Positions 12,247 to 22,777 of a stretch of DNA of 64,000 bases are shown piece by piece. Both the position numbers and the translations under genes were made by a program. Position 1 is the first letter of the stretch, and every line of letters starts with the position of its first letter. The DNA comes from Alphaproteobacteria bacterium (GTDB lineage: Bacteria; Pseudomonadota; Alphaproteobacteria; SHVV01), in the NCBI GenBank assembly GCA_965261735.1, contig OZ253470.1, forward strand, positions 4,768,001 through 4,832,000. The letters are read 5' to 3'. The notes under the pieces are model-generated. The model worked only from the letters and a program-made list of their open reading frames with translations. It searched no databases and was not told the DNA's origin.

Positions 12247-13050
12247 ATGTCGTCCATCCATCCCACAGCGATCATTGAGCCCGGCGCCCAAATCGGCGAC
12301 AACGTGAGCATCGGCGCCTACTGCTTCGTCGGTGCCGAGGTCGAACTCGGTGACGGCGTCGATTTGAAGTCCCACGCCGTGGTGGCGCGGCGGACACGGA
12401 TCGGCCCCAACACCCACATCTTTCCCTTCGCCTCGGTCGGCCATCAGCCCCAGGACCTCAAGTTCGCCGGCGAGTCCTCGGAACTCGTGATCGGGGCCAA
12501 TACCGTTATCCGCGAGCACGCCACCCTGAATCCCGGGACCGCGGGCGGCGGATTGATCACTCGGGTCGGCAACAATTGTCTCATCATGGTCGGCGCGCAT
12601 GTGGCCCACGACTGCCAGATCGGGAACCACGTCATCCTCACCAACAACGCCACCCTCGGCGGTCACGTCAACGTGGCTGAGCACGCCATCATCGGCGGCA
12701 TGTCGGCGGTCCATCAGTTCGTCCGGATTGGTGCCCACGCGATGGTCGGCGGCATGACGGGTGTCGAAAACGATGTGATCCCGTACGGCTCCGTCGTCGG
12801 CAATCGGGCCTACCTCAGCGGGCTCAATATCGTCGGTCTAAAGCGCCGCGGATTCTCGCGCGACGACATCCATCGGCTCCGCAATGCCTACCGCTTGTTG
12901 TTCGCGCAGGAGGGAACCCAGCAGGAGCGCATGGACGACGTCGCCGAGTTGTTCGCCGATAGCGCGGTGGTGATGGACATCATCGCTTTCATGCGCGCCG
13001 ATTCCTCGCGCGCGATGTGCCAGCCGAAATTGGGCAGTGCAACCGCCTAA
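12247..13050 (+). CDS. lpxA: UDP-N-acetylglucosamine O-acyltransferase
   Basis: IHPTAII, PQDLKF, HVAHDC, VHQFVRIG. Confidence 0.97.
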   Translation: MSSIHPTAIIEPGAQIGDNVSIGAYCFVGAEVELGDGVDLKSHAVVARRTRIGPNTHIFPFASVGHQPQDLKFAGESSELVIGANTVIREHATLNPGTAGGGLITRVGNNCLIMVGAHVAHDCQIGNHVILTNNATLGGHVNVAEHAIIGGMSAVHQFVRIGAHAMVGGMTGVENDVIPYGSVVGNRAYLSGLNIVGLKRRGFSRDDIHRLRNAYRLLFAQEGTQQERMDDVAELFADSAVVMDIIAFMRADSSRAMCQPKLGSATA

Positions 13051-13873
13051 GCTCGCCATCTTGGCGGGCGCGGGGCGCCTGCCGGGACAGCTGGCCGCGG
13101 CGTGTCAGGCGAGCGGTAGAGAGTGTTACATCGTCGCCTTCAAAGGCGAAAGCTACGCTCCAGACCTGTCCCCCGACACCTGGGTCGACTTGGCGGCCGT
13201 CGGTTCGACGCTCGCGCTGTTGCACGAGGCCGGGTGCGGCGAGGTCGTCCTCGCGGGCTCGATCCGGCGACCTTCGCTAGCAGCGCTGCGACCTGATCGC
13301 CGCGGGGCCAAGTTGATGGTCAAGCTGTTGCGCGCCCGCGGCGGCGACGACGCGCTGCTCTCCGCGGTTGTCGCCGAGCTCGAAGGCGAGGGACTTCGAG
13401 TGGTCGGAGCCGACGATGTCTTGGCCGACTTGGTGGCGCCATACGGCCCACTCGGCCAGCATCGGCCCGATGGCGCCCACGAGCGCGACATCGCGTTCGG
13501 CATTCGCGTGGTTCGCGCGCTCGGCGCTCTCGACGTGGGCCAGGCGGCGGTCGTGCAGCAGCAGCGCGTACTCGGGGTCGAGGCCGCCGAGGGCACGGAT
13601 GCTCTGCTGGCGCGCTGTGCCGCTCTGCGACTAGAGGGCGCCGGCGGTGTACTAGTCAAACTCAAGAAGCCGGGCCAGGACGCCCGCGTCGATCTGCCGG
13701 CAATCGGGCGTGCCACGATCGATGGGGCTGTTGCCGCCGGGCTCGCAGGCCTCGCCGTCGAGGCGGGAGGCGCTTTGGTGTTCCAGCGCGCGGACGTCGT
13801 CGCGGCCGCCGATCGTGCCGGCCTGTTCGTCGTTGGCGTCGAGGTCGAGGCGACCGTCGGCGAAGAGTCGTGA
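13037..13873 (+). CDS. lpxI: UDP-2,3-diacylglucosamine diphosphatase LpxI
   Basis: LAILAGAGRLP, DVGQAAVV, EAAEGTD, KPGQDARVDLPAIG. Confidence 0.93.
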   Translation: MQPPKLAILAGAGRLPGQLAAACQASGRECYIVAFKGESYAPDLSPDTWVDLAAVGSTLALLHEAGCGEVVLAGSIRRPSLAALRPDRRGAKLMVKLLRARGGDDALLSAVVAELEGEGLRVVGADDVLADLVAPYGPLGQHRPDGAHERDIAFGIRVVRALGALDVGQAAVVQQQRVLGVEAAEGTDALLARCAALRLEGAGGVLVKLKKPGQDARVDLPAIGRATIDGAVAAGLAGLAVEAGGALVFQRADVVAAADRAGLFVVGVEVEATVGEES

Positions 13874-15090
13874 CACCTTCGCCGGTCGGCGCGGCGATGC
13901 ACATTATGGTCGTCGCGGGCGAGCCGTCGGGGGACGCGCTGGGCGCCCGGCTGATGGCGGCGCTGGCCGAGCAGCGGCGAGGTAGGGTGCGGTTCTCGGG
14001 CGTGGGCGGCGAAGCCATGGCGGCCCAGGGCTTGGCCAGCCTCTTCCCCATGGCCGAGCTGTCCGTCATGGGGATCGCCGAGGTCGTGCCGCGCTTGCCC
14101 AAGCTGCTCGGGCGCGTCGAGCAGACGGCGGCCGCTGCCCTCGGCGGGCGGCCCGACGCCCTGGTGACCATCGATTCGCCGGGCTTCAACTTCCGGCTCG
14201 GGAGGCGGGTGCGCCACCGTGCCTTCCCGCACATCCACTATGGGGCTCCCACGGTGTGGGCGTGGCGCCCGGGGCGCGCCCGCACCATCGCGCAATTCCT
14301 CGACCACCTCATGGTCCTGCTGCCCTTCGAGCCGCCCTACTTCGAAGCCGTGGGCCTACCGGTGAGCTTCGTCGGTCATCCTGTGATCGAGAGCGTGTCG
14401 CGCGAGGCGGACGGCGCGTCATTCCGCGAACGCCATGGACTTTCCGCCGCGGCACGGCTCCTGGCCCTCCTACCCGGCAGTCGGCGCGGCGAAATCGAAC
14501 GGCTGCTGCCGGTGTTCGGCGAGGCCGTGCGGCAGCTCGCGCCCCGCGTCCCCGACCTCGCCGTCGTCGCGCCGACTCTGCCGCCCTTCGTCAATGCGAT
14601 GGTCACCGCGACCTCCGCCTGGCCCGTCCCGGTGCGCGTGACCAGCGACGAGGACGAGAAGTGGGCCGCCTTTGCCGCCTCGGACGCGGCCCTCGCGGCC
14701 TCGGGCACCGTGACGTTGGAGCTGGCGCTGGCCCATGTGCCTATGGTTGTCGCCTACCGTATGAATTCACTCACGGCCGCGCTCGCGAGGCGTTTGGTGC
14801 GCCTAGACCAAGTCAGCCTCGTCAATCTATTGCTCGATCGGCCGGTCGTGCCCGAGCTGTTGCAACAGGAGTGCACCGCCGATCGACTTGCGGCGGAAGT
14901 CGAAAGAGTCATGATGGATCGCGAGGTGCGGCAGGCACAACTGGCCGCCGCGGCCTCGATCGCGGCTCAGCTTGGTGCCGGCGAGGCGCCGCCGAGTCGG
15001 CGGGCGGCCGAGGTCGTACTCGAGGTCGCCGCCCAGGGCCCGCGCGCCGAACATCGCCATCGAGTGCCGCGCGGAACAGGAGGCTTGTAA
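13870..15090 (+). CDS. lpxB: Lipid A disaccharide synthase
   Basis: VAGEPSGDALG, IDSPGFN, VWAWR, LPGSR, SGTVTLE. Confidence 0.97.
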   Translation: MTPSPVGAAMHIMVVAGEPSGDALGARLMAALAEQRRGRVRFSGVGGEAMAAQGLASLFPMAELSVMGIAEVVPRLPKLLGRVEQTAAAALGGRPDALVTIDSPGFNFRLGRRVRHRAFPHIHYGAPTVWAWRPGRARTIAQFLDHLMVLLPFEPPYFEAVGLPVSFVGHPVIESVSREADGASFRERHGLSAAARLLALLPGSRRGEIERLLPVFGEAVRQLAPRVPDLAVVAPTLPPFVNAMVTATSAWPVPVRVTSDEDEKWAAFAASDAALAASGTVTLELALAHVPMVVAYRMNSLTAALARRLVRLDQVSLVNLLLDRPVVPELLQQECTADRLAAEVERVMMDREVRQAQLAAAASIAAQLGAGEAPPSRRAAEVVLEVAAQGPRAEHRHRVPRGTGGL

Positions 15091-15509
15091 TGAGCGATAC
15101 CGAGACGAGCCAGCGGGACAACATCCGGCTCCTGCACACCATGATCCGCGTGCGCGATCTCGATCGATCGATCGATTTCTACACGCGCTGCCTGGGCATG
15201 AAGCTGTTGCGAAAGGCAGATTTTCCGAGCGGGCGCTTTACGCTCGCCTTTGTTGGCTATGGCGGCGAGGCAACCACCGCGGTGATCGAGCTCACCCACA
15301 ATTGGGATCAGGAGGACGCCTACGATCTGGGTACGGGATTCGGCCACATCGCCATAGGCATGCGGGATATCGTCGCCGCCTGCGAGCGCCTCGCGGAGGC
15401 AGGGGTCCCGATTCCGCGGCCGCCCGGGCCGATGAAGCACGGCGGCAGCTCCATCGCCTTCGTCGAGGATCCCGACGGTTATCGAATCGAGTTGATCGAG
15501 CGGCGCTGA
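15090..15509 (+). CDS. gloA: Lactoylglutathione lyase (glyoxalase I)
   Basis: LLHTMIRV, ELTHNWD, GFGHIAI, FVEDPDGYRIELI; ATG overlaps lpxB stop. Confidence 0.95.
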   Translation: MSDTETSQRDNIRLLHTMIRVRDLDRSIDFYTRCLGMKLLRKADFPSGRFTLAFVGYGGEATTAVIELTHNWDQEDAYDLGTGFGHIAIGMRDIVAACERLAEAGVPIPRPPGPMKHGGSSIAFVEDPDGYRIELIERR

Positions 15510-15717
15510 GGTTTTCGCCTAGCGCGCCAGGACCCACAACAACGCGGCACCGAGCCCGCCGGCGAGCAGCCAGGGGAAAGCAAGGGCGGCCCAGCGACCA
15601 AGCGGCATGGTATTGTCGTTGACGGCGCGCGCGAGCGGCTTCTTGCCCGCATTCGATTCGCGTGCCGGGGCCGGCCCAGCCGGCCCAACCCCCGCGGGGA
15701 TTCCCTTCTTGGCGACC

Positions 15718-17040
15718 CTATCCACGTTGGTGCAACGGCAGGAAAGGCCGTTCCGTGGCGCCGGTGAAGAGCTGGCGCGGACGGCCAATCTTCTGAACCG
15801 GGTCTTCGACCATTTCGTTCCACTGCGCGACCCAGCCCACCGTGCGCGCGAGCGCGAACAGGACCGTGAACATGCTCACCGGGATTCCCATGGCACGAAG
15901 AATGATGCCTGAATAGAAATCCACGTTGGGGAACAGCTTCTTTTCGACGAAGTAGGGGTCCTCGAGAGCGATGCGCTCGAGCTCCATGGCGAGTTCGAGC
16001 AGCGGCTCCTTGTGAACCCCGAGCTCGTCGAGAACGTCGTGGCAGGTTTGACGCAGCACTGCGGCGCGCGGATCGTAGTTCTTATAGACGCGATGGCCGA
16101 ATCCCATCAGCCGGAAGCCGTCGTTCTTGTTTTTGGCGCGCTTGAGGAACTCGGGGACGCGATCGATGCTGCCGATTTCCTGAAGCATGTTCAACACCGC
16201 CTCGTTGGCGCCGCCGTGGGCTGGCCCCCACAGGCAGGCGATACCGGCGGCTATGCAGGCGAAGGGGTTGGCCCCGGACGACCCGGCCAGGCGCACCGTC
16301 GAGGTCGAGGCGTTCTGCTCGTGGTCGGCATGGAGGATGAAGATGCGTGCCATCGCTTTGGCGAGGACAGGGTTGACTTGGTAGTCCTCGCACGGCGTGG
16401 CGAACATCATGTGCAGGAAGTTTTCGGAGTACCGAAGATCGTTGCGGGGATAGATGAACGGCTGGCCGATCGAGTATTTGTAGGCCATCGCCGCAATCGT
16501 CGGAACCTTGGCGATGAGCCGGATCGACGCGACATTGCGCTGGTGCGGATCGCTGATGTCGAGGCTGTCGTGATAGAACGCCGACAGCGCGCCGACCACG
16601 CCGACCATGATCGCCATTGGATGGGCATCGCGCCGGAAGCCGGCGAAGAAGCGGGTCAGCTGCTCGTGCACCATGGTGTGGCGCGTGATGCGCCCGCGGA
16701 ATTCCTCTTTCTCCGTCACGCTCGGCAGTTCGCCGTAGAGAAGCAGGTAGCAGACCTCGGTGAAATCGCTGTGCTCCGCGAGCTCCTCGATACGATAGCC
16801 CCGGTACAGCAGGATGCCGTTTTCGCCATCGATGAAGGTTATTTTCGACTGGCAGCTTGCGGTCGCCATGAATCCGGGGTCGTAGGTGAAATAGCCGGTA
16901 TCGGCGTAGAGCCGGCGGATGTCGACGACGCTCGGCCCCATCGATCCCTTCACGATAGGCAGCTCTAGGGTCTGCCCGGTTTTTGGGTCGGTAAGGCTGA
17001 GGGCCGCGCCCGGATCGATCTCTCGCGCTCGCTCCGCCAT
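15718..17040 (-). CDS. gltA: Citrate synthase (type II)
   Basis: [43 protein letters not shown]. Confidence 0.98.
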   Translation of the reverse strand: MAERAREIDPGAALSLTDPKTGQTLELPIVKGSMGPSVVDIRRLYADTGYFTYDPGFMATASCQSKITFIDGENGILLYRGYRIEELAEHSDFTEVCYLLLYGELPSVTEKEEFRGRITRHTMVHEQLTRFFAGFRRDAHPMAIMVGVVGALSAFYHDSLDISDPHQRNVASIRLIAKVPTIAAMAYKYSIGQPFIYPRNDLRYSENFLHMMFATPCEDYQVNPVLAKAMARIFILHADHEQNASTSTVRLAGSSGANPFACIAAGIACLWGPAHGGANEAVLNMLQEIGSIDRVPEFLKRAKNKNDGFRLMGFGHRVYKNYDPRAAVLRQTCHDVLDELGVHKEPLLELAMELERIALEDPYFVEKKLFPNVDFYSGIILRAMGIPVSMFTVLFALARTVGWVAQWNEMVEDPVQKIGRPRQLFTGATERPFLPLHQRG

Positions 17041-17177
17041 GGCCAGTATTCCCTGCTTGAATCGATCGCCCACCGCCACGTCCGGTCCATCGACCGGCGC
17101 GGCTTGTTGTAGATCCGGAGTATAGACGATATTTGTCGCGACGGCGCAATCTGGCGTCGGGCCGGCGAGTACGTGAG

Positions 17178-18581
17178 CTACGTGATGTCTGCCCGCGAAA
17201 GACGGAAAAGCGCCGTTTCGCGCCCCAAAACCGTCAACACGTCGAAAATTGGGGGCGACGCGGTTCGCCCGGTGAGGGCCGCTCGCAGGGGCTGGGCGAT
17301 CTCGCCGAGCTTGAGGTGCTCGGTGCCGGCGAAGGCCCGCACTTCGGCCTCGAGCGAATCGATGTCCCAGGCCTCGAGGGCGGCCAGCCGATCCTTCAAC
17401 CTGGCGAGCCGCCCGAGGGCTTCCGCGTCCAATAGACGGCGCGCCTTGTCGGTGAGATCGGGGAAACCATCAATCACATAAAATCTCATACTTTCCGCGA
17501 GATCAACGATATTACTCACCCTCTGCTTCACCTCTGGGACAGCGCCGAGCAGGCGCGCGCGGGCGGGCTCGGCAAGCGGGTGGCCGAGCGTGGCCTCCAG
17601 GTAGGGTACGGCCATCTCGACGATGCGCCGCTCGTCGGCGGCCCTAAGGTAGTGGGCATTGAGGCTGTCGAGCCTCGCCTTGTCGAAGCGGGCCGGCGAT
17701 CTGCCGACCGCGCCCAGGTCGAACCAGGTAATCGCCTGCTCGGTCGCGATGATCTCGTCGTCCCCGTGGCTCCAACCGAGGCGCAGGAGGTAATTGTTGA
17801 GGGCTTCCGGCAGGTAGCCGTCGTCGCGGTAGGTTTCGACACCAAGCGCCCCATGGCGCTTGGACAGGCGCGCGCCATCGGCACCGTGGATGAGTGGGAC
17901 GTGGGCGAAGGTCGGCACCTCCCAGCCGAGGGCGGCGAACAGGTTCGTTTGCCGGGCCGCGTTGTTGAGATGATCGGTGCCGCGAATGACGTGGCTTATC
18001 CCCATGTCGTGATCGTCCACCACGACCGACAGCATGTACGTCGGTGTGCGATCCGCGCGCAGCAGCACCATGTCGTCGAGCTCGGTATTGGCGATACGGA
18101 CGTCGCCTTGGACCCGGTCGGCAATGACGGTGTCGCCCTCACGCGGTGCCTTGAAGCGAATGACGGGAGCAACCCCCGGCGGCGCGAGCGCTGCATCGCG
18201 GTCGCGCCAGCGGCCATCGTAGCGCACCGTCCGGCGCTGGCGCTGTGCCTCGGCGCGCATCTCGGCCAGCTCATCCGCGCTCGCATAGCAGTGATAGGCC
18301 TTGCCCGCCGCCAGCAGCTCCTCGGCCACCGCGACGTGCCGGTCCAAGCGTTGGGACTGGAAGACGGCATCGCCGTCCCAGTGCAACCCCAACCACTCGA
18401 GCCCGCCGATGATGGCGGCGACGGCAGCCTCGGTCGAGCGTGCCCGGTCGGTATCCTCGATCCGAAGCAGGAAGCGCCCGCCCTCATGGCGCGCGTAAAG
18501 CCAGTTGAACAGGGCGGTTCGCGCACCGCCGATATGCAGGAAACCGGTCGGGGAAGGCGCGAATCGGGTGACCACCGTCAT
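17178..18581 (-). CDS. gltX: Glutamate--tRNA ligase
   Basis: [27 protein letters not shown]. Confidence 0.97.
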   Translation of the reverse strand: MTVVTRFAPSPTGFLHIGGARTALFNWLYARHEGGRFLLRIEDTDRARSTEAAVAAIIGGLEWLGLHWDGDAVFQSQRLDRHVAVAEELLAAGKAYHCYASADELAEMRAEAQRQRRTVRYDGRWRDRDAALAPPGVAPVIRFKAPREGDTVIADRVQGDVRIANTELDDMVLLRADRTPTYMLSVVVDDHDMGISHVIRGTDHLNNAARQTNLFAALGWEVPTFAHVPLIHGADGARLSKRHGALGVETYRDDGYLPEALNNYLLRLGWSHGDDEIIATEQAITWFDLGAVGRSPARFDKARLDSLNAHYLRAADERRIVEMAVPYLEATLGHPLAEPARARLLGAVPEVKQRVSNIVDLAESMRFYVIDGFPDLTDKARRLLDAEALGRLARLKDRLAALEAWDIDSLEAEVRAFAGTEHLKLGEIAQPLRAALTGRTASPPIFDVLTVLGRETALFRLSRADIT

Positions 18582-18605
18582 GGTTTCGGGCGTTCGATGC
18601 GCACG

Positions 18606-19688
18606 CTAGTGGATTGATTCCAACGTTTGGAACCCTCTGTTTCGTGCGGCGATGATATGATCGGGGTCGGCTTTCCAGATGAAGGGTTTTGGGTTTGCGT
18701 CATTGTATTCGCGGACAAATCGGTTGATGGCGGCCTGAAGGTCGACGACGGATTGGAAGACGCCGTATTTGAGCCTGCGCCGCGTTAGTTTGGCGAAGAA
18801 GCCCTCGACGGCATTGAGCCACGAGCACGAGGTTGGCGTGAAGTGGAAGGTCCAGCGTGGATGGCGGGCGAGCCAGGCGCGGACCTTGTCCTTCTTGTGC
18901 GCGGCGTAGTTGTCGAGGATGACGTGGACGGCCTTGTCCGTCGGCACCTCGCGCTCGATGCGGTTGAGGAAGCGGATGAACTCCTGATGGCGGTGGCGCT
19001 GCATGTTCTGTGCGATGACCGTACCGTCCAGCACGTTGAGCGCGGCGAACAGCGTCGTCGTGCCATGCCGTTTGTAATCATAGGTCATCGTACCGGCGCG
19101 GCCCTTCTTCATCGGCAAGCCGGGTTGGGTGCGGTCGAGCGCCTGGATCTGTGATTTCTCATCAACCGACAGCACCACGGCATGGGCCGGCGGATCGACA
19201 TACAAGCCGACGATATCTGTGAGCTTCTCGGCGAAGGCGGGATCATTGGAGAGCTTGAAGTGCCGCCAGCGGTGCGGGCTGAGGCCATGGGCCTTCCAGA
19301 TCGCTTGGACCGTCGACGCCGCGACGCCAGCAACCTTCGCCATCGCGCGCAGCGTCCAGTGGGTCGCCTCGTGCGGCGGCGCTTGCTGGGTCAGGCGGAC
19401 GATCTCGGCGACGCGCTCCGGCGGGATCGGCGCTTTGCCAGGCGGACGGGACCTATCGCGAAGCAAGCCGTTGACACCCTCGTGCATGAACCGCTCCTGC
19501 CAGCGCCAGACACAGGTCTTGGACTTGCCGGTCTCGGCCATGATCGACGAGTTCCCGAGCCCCTCGTCGCTCTTCAGGATGATCCGCGCCCGCCAGACAT
19601 GTTTCTGCGAGCTCTTCGGGTCCGCGACGATAGCTTGCAATCGCTGACGGTCGCCAGACGTGACAGTAAAATGGATGCCGGTGCGCAT
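18606..19688 (-). CDS. IS630-family transposase
   Basis: HTH region, VDEKSQIQALDR, DYKRHGT, ILDNYAAHK, SWLNAVE; start codon uncertain (19688 or 19715). Confidence 0.95.
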   Translation of the reverse strand: MRTGIHFTVTSGDRQRLQAIVADPKSSQKHVWRARIILKSDEGLGNSSIMAETGKSKTCVWRWQERFMHEGVNGLLRDRSRPPGKAPIPPERVAEIVRLTQQAPPHEATHWTLRAMAKVAGVAASTVQAIWKAHGLSPHRWRHFKLSNDPAFAEKLTDIVGLYVDPPAHAVVLSVDEKSQIQALDRTQPGLPMKKGRAGTMTYDYKRHGTTTLFAALNVLDGTVIAQNMQRHRHQEFIRFLNRIEREVPTDKAVHVILDNYAAHKKDKVRAWLARHPRWTFHFTPTSCSWLNAVEGFFAKLTRRRLKYGVFQSVVDLQAAINRFVREYNDANPKPFIWKADPDHIIAARNRGFQTLESIH

Positions 19689-19760
19689 AGCACAGACTCG
19701 CATGACACCGCACAATACGGAATCTCAAATCGGACTCTTTCGTTCCGATCAATCCACTAG
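18606..19760 (-). mobile_element. IS630-family insertion sequence
   Basis: Perfect inverted ends ctagtggattgat (18606-18618) / atcaatccactag (19748-19760), both at CTAG (TA-type target); single transposase inside. Confidence 0.95.
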
Positions 19761-19855
19761 AATTGCCAGGAACGAGCCCTGTTTATCACATTCGAACACC
19801 TGATTCAGTAGCTGGCCGGCGGCCGGCCGACGACTCTCCTGAGGGGGGATGAAGC

Positions 19856-22020
19856 GTGACGGGCAGACTTGCGGGCGCGCCCCTCGATCTCGGCGCTCCG
19901 GGCTTCGAGGCCCGCGCACCGGCGTGGCGCCGAGCGAGTGAGGCGCTCGCTCGTGCCCTCCTCGCCGAACGCGAACGCTGGGTGTTGTGGCTCCCGGTGG
20001 CCCTCGGCGCCGGGACGAGCTTCTATTTCGCGCTGCGCATCGAGCCCGCCGGCTGGATCGGCCCGACCGCGCTCGCGGCCGCCGCCGCGGCCGCACTCGT
20101 CGTGCGACGCCACGCGCCCTACCTGGTCGCCTCGATCGCCCTCGCCGCGGCCGCTCTCGGATTGACGCTCGCTCAGGCGTCGGCCGTGATCGCGCGCGCT
20201 CCGCCGCTGGACAAGAGGATCGGCCCGGCCAGTATCGAAGGCCGCGTGGTCGCAGCCAGCGCGCTGCCGTTCGGGATCCGCCTGTTGCTCGAGGATGTCG
20301 CCATTAGGGGCCGCGACGAGCGCGCTCTTCCCCGGCGCGTACGCATCACGGTGCGGGCGTCGGGAGCGACGGCAGCGCCCGGCGATCAGGTCCGCCGGGC
20401 GCCTTCGATTTCCAGCGCAAGGCCTTTTTCGACGGCCTCGGCGCGGTGGGGTATGCGGTCGGCCGAATCCAGCTTGTCGAGGCGCGAAGCCAGTCGACGA
20501 TAGGCGATCGAGTGGCGCGGTTGCGCCAGGCTATCAGCGCTCGCGTGCGCGCCAGCCTGCCAGGCTCGGCCGGCGCGATCGCGGCAACGCTGATGACCGG
20601 TGACCGCGGCGCCATCGCCGCCCGCGACCTCGCGGCCATGCGTGATTCCGGACTCGCCCACCTGCTCGCGATCTCGGGCCTGCACATCGGCCTCATCGCC
20701 GCCATCCTGTTCTTCACCGTGCGCGGGCTCCTCGCGCTGGCGCCCCGTGTCGCCCTCAACTACCCGATCAAAAAATGGGCAGCCGCCGCCGCCATGCTCG
20801 GCGCCTTCGCCTACCTCCTGATAACCGGCCTGACGATACCGACCCAACGCGCGTTCCTGATGACGAGTATCGTGCTGCTGGCGGTGATCCTCGACCGCTC
20901 GGTGATCTCGATGGGGCTCGTCGCGTGGGCGGCGGCCGTGGCCCTGTTGCTCAGCCCTGAAAGCCTGCTCGGCCCCAGCTTCCAGATGTCGTTTGCCGCC
21001 GTGGTCGCGCTCATTGCGGCCTATGAGGTCTGCCGCGCGCCCATGATTGATTGGCTTGGCGGCGGCGGCATCGGGCGCCGGGTGCTGCTCTATTTCATGG
21101 GAATCGGACTGACCACATTAGTCGCCGGGCTGGCGACCACGCCCTTCGCCATATTCCACTTCAATCGCTTCGTGGCCTTTGGCCTCGCCGCCAACCTCGT
21201 CGCGGTCCCCGTTATGGCACTGTGGATCATGCCCTGGGCCATGCTCGCCTACGTCCTGATGCCCTTCGGCCTCGAGCGCCTAGCCCTCGTCCCCATGGGC
21301 ACCGGCATCGATCTCGTCCTCGGCGTCGCCCACACCGTCGCCGCATGGCCGGGCGCGGTGTGGCTGCTACCGCCGATGCCGACCGTCGGCCTGGTGCTTG
21401 TCGCTTTGGGCGGACTCTGGCTGTGCCTATGGCGCCGCGCCTGGCGTCTCGCGGGGATCGCGGGCATTGCCATGGGCTTTGCCACCATCGCCTTGGAGCG
21501 GCCGCCGGACGTGTTGGTGGATGGCGCGGGTCGGCTGCTGGGCGTGCGCGCAGACGGCGGGTTGATGATCTCGTCGTCACGGGCGGCCCGCATCACCGCT
21601 TCGCAGTGGCTGCGCCACACCGGGTATGCCGCGGCCGCCGCTTGGCCAGCAAATGGACGCGCGATCGGCGGCCTGCGCTGCGATGCCGTGGGATGCATTT
21701 ATCGCAGCGGTAGCCACGTGGTCGCCCTGGTCAAGGACCCGCGAGCGTTGGCGGAGGATTGCGGCGCCGCGACGGTCGTGGTGAGCATCGTACCGGTGCG
21801 CGGCCGCTGCCCGTCGGCGCAAACAGTGATCGATCGCTTCGACCTATGGCGTGAGGGCGCTCATGCCATTTGGCTGGGCGCGGACGGCGTGCGTACACGC
21901 TCGGTCGCGGCCCACCAAGGCAAGCGCCCGTGGGCTCCCCGCCGCCCGGCAAAGGGCGCGATGAACCTCGAACCTGGTGCCGCTCAGTACTTGCGAATCA
22001 GAGCTGTGAGGCGCCCTTGA
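19856..22020 (+). pseudogene. comEC: ComEC/Rec2 competence protein, split by an internal deletion with frameshift near 20394
   Basis: N-part ERERWVLWLPV...PGDQVR; in a different frame PGAFDFQRKAFF...SGLAHLLAISGLH, PTQRA, SFQMSF. Confidence 0.85.
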
Positions 22021-22682
22021 ACCTTGACCCGATCGGGTCCAAAGATGTGCGTCTCGAACTCGGGATTCGCGGCCTCGAGGGCGACCGAGTTGCCCTTCCG
22101 ACGAAGCCGCTTCAGCGTGACTTCCTCATTGTCGATCAGGGCGACGACGATGGCCCCGTTTTCGGCGACATCGGAGCGCTCGATAATCGCGGTGTCACCG
22201 TCGTGGATTCCCGCGTCGATCATCGATTCACCAGCGACCTCGAGCGCGTAGTACTCGCCGCGACCGAGCATCCATGTCGGCACCGGCGCCGTCGTCGTAT
22301 CACGAATCGCCTCTATGGGCGTACCCGCGGCGATACGCCCATAGAGCGGCAGCTCCACCGTCCCGCCGGTTGCGTCCACCGCCACGCCCGCGAGGGGCCC
22401 GCCGAAATCGCGGCGAATAACGTTGGAGCGCGGGCGCAAAGACTTGTCCGGCATCGGCGCAGCGCTCGACTCAGGCAAGCGGAGCACCTCGAGCGCACGG
22501 GCGCGATGCGGCAGGCGGTTGATGAATCCGCGCTCCTCGAGCGCCGTGATCAGCCGGTGGATGCCCGATTTCGACTTGAGCTTCAGCGCGTCCTTCATCT
22601 CGTCGAATGACGGCGACACGCCACTATCCATCAGTCGGTGATGCACAAACAGCAGGAGTTCGTGTTGTTTTTTCGTCAGCAT
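21984..22682 (-). CDS. lexA: SOS repressor LexA
   Basis: [23 protein letters not shown] cleavage site, GESM catalytic Ser, TLKR Lys. Confidence 0.98.
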   Translation of the reverse strand: MLTKKQHELLLFVHHRLMDSGVSPSFDEMKDALKLKSKSGIHRLITALEERGFINRLPHRARALEVLRLPESSAAPMPDKSLRPRSNVIRRDFGGPLAGVAVDATGGTVELPLYGRIAAGTPIEAIRDTTTAPVPTWMLGRGEYYALEVAGESMIDAGIHDGDTAIIERSDVAENGAIVVALIDNEEVTLKRLRRKGNSVALEAANPEFETHIFGPDRVKVQGRLTALIRKY

Positions 22683-22716
22683 CCTTGGAGATGCCCCGGA
22701 TAGGAAGAAGTGTTAG

Positions 22717-22756
22717 GTTCACCACATGTTCTAGTTTGGTTCTCCCTTGGCGTCAA
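22717..22756 (-). promoter_or_regulatory. lexA promoter with alphaproteobacterial SOS box
   Basis: GTTC-accacat-GTTC at 22717-22731; on the minus strand TTGACG (22756-22751), 17 nt, TAGAAC overlapping the box. Confidence 0.85.
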
Positions 22757-22777
22757 GCCTATTGTGGCCCCCGGCAC

